Positions 53,470 through 53,507 of a stretch of 53,507 bases of DNA are shown here, one piece after another. Numbering within the stretch: position 1 is the first letter of the stretch; the number at the start of each line of letters is the position of its first letter. Source of the stretch: Okeania hirsuta. Lineage in GTDB: Bacteria > Cyanobacteriota > Cyanobacteriia > Cyanobacteriales > Microcoleaceae. The DNA lies in NCBI RefSeq assembly GCF_003838195.1, contig NZ_RCBY01000026.1:1-53507 (forward strand), given 5' to 3'. The notes under the pieces were generated by a model. The model saw only the letters and a program-made list of their open reading frames with translations. It ran no database searches and was not told the origin of the DNA. A program made the position numbers and the translations under genes.

Positions 53470-53507
53470 CTTACGGATTAAACTCTGAATTTGTTTCCCT
53501 CTAATGG

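Overview
This 53.5-kb window is AT-rich and packed with HIP1 (GCGATCGC) sites, heptamer STRR arrays and TCCGGA motifs. That combination points to a heterocyst-forming (Nostocales-type) cyanobacterium; this is inference.

Intact housekeeping genes:
- priA.
- A NUDIX hydrolase.
- A group-2 sigma-70 factor.
- purB.
- An iron-stress-type cluster of three CP43'/IsiA paralogs, one fused to PsaL, plus a CpcG/CpcL-like linker.
- tldD, clpS, a CPBP protease, a P450 and panE.
- A hotdog thioesterase, a TerB protein and a DUF815 AAA ATPase.
- A Ser/Thr kinase with WD40 repeats.
- A DEAD-box helicase, rimO and an OmpA-like protein.

Between these lies an unusually high density of decayed accessory genes and mobile DNA:
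- A euk/archaeal EF1A-like GTPase with an in-frame TGA, inside a MITE-flanked 2.46-kb unit that has TTGAA target duplications.
- A major-vault-protein homolog carrying four in-frame stops and a 103-bp inverted-repeat insertion.
- An Anbu proteasome homolog with an in-frame TAA.
- Fragments of VanX, a subtilase, a porin, an ABC permease, a PEP-CTERM protein and an IS transposase.
- An exact in-frame 1209-bp tandem duplication inside the isiA-psaL gene.
- A roughly 143-bp hairpin-containing tandem array.
- Several dispersed repeat families, one showing compensatory stem changes.

I could not identify any rRNA, tRNA or CRISPR array.
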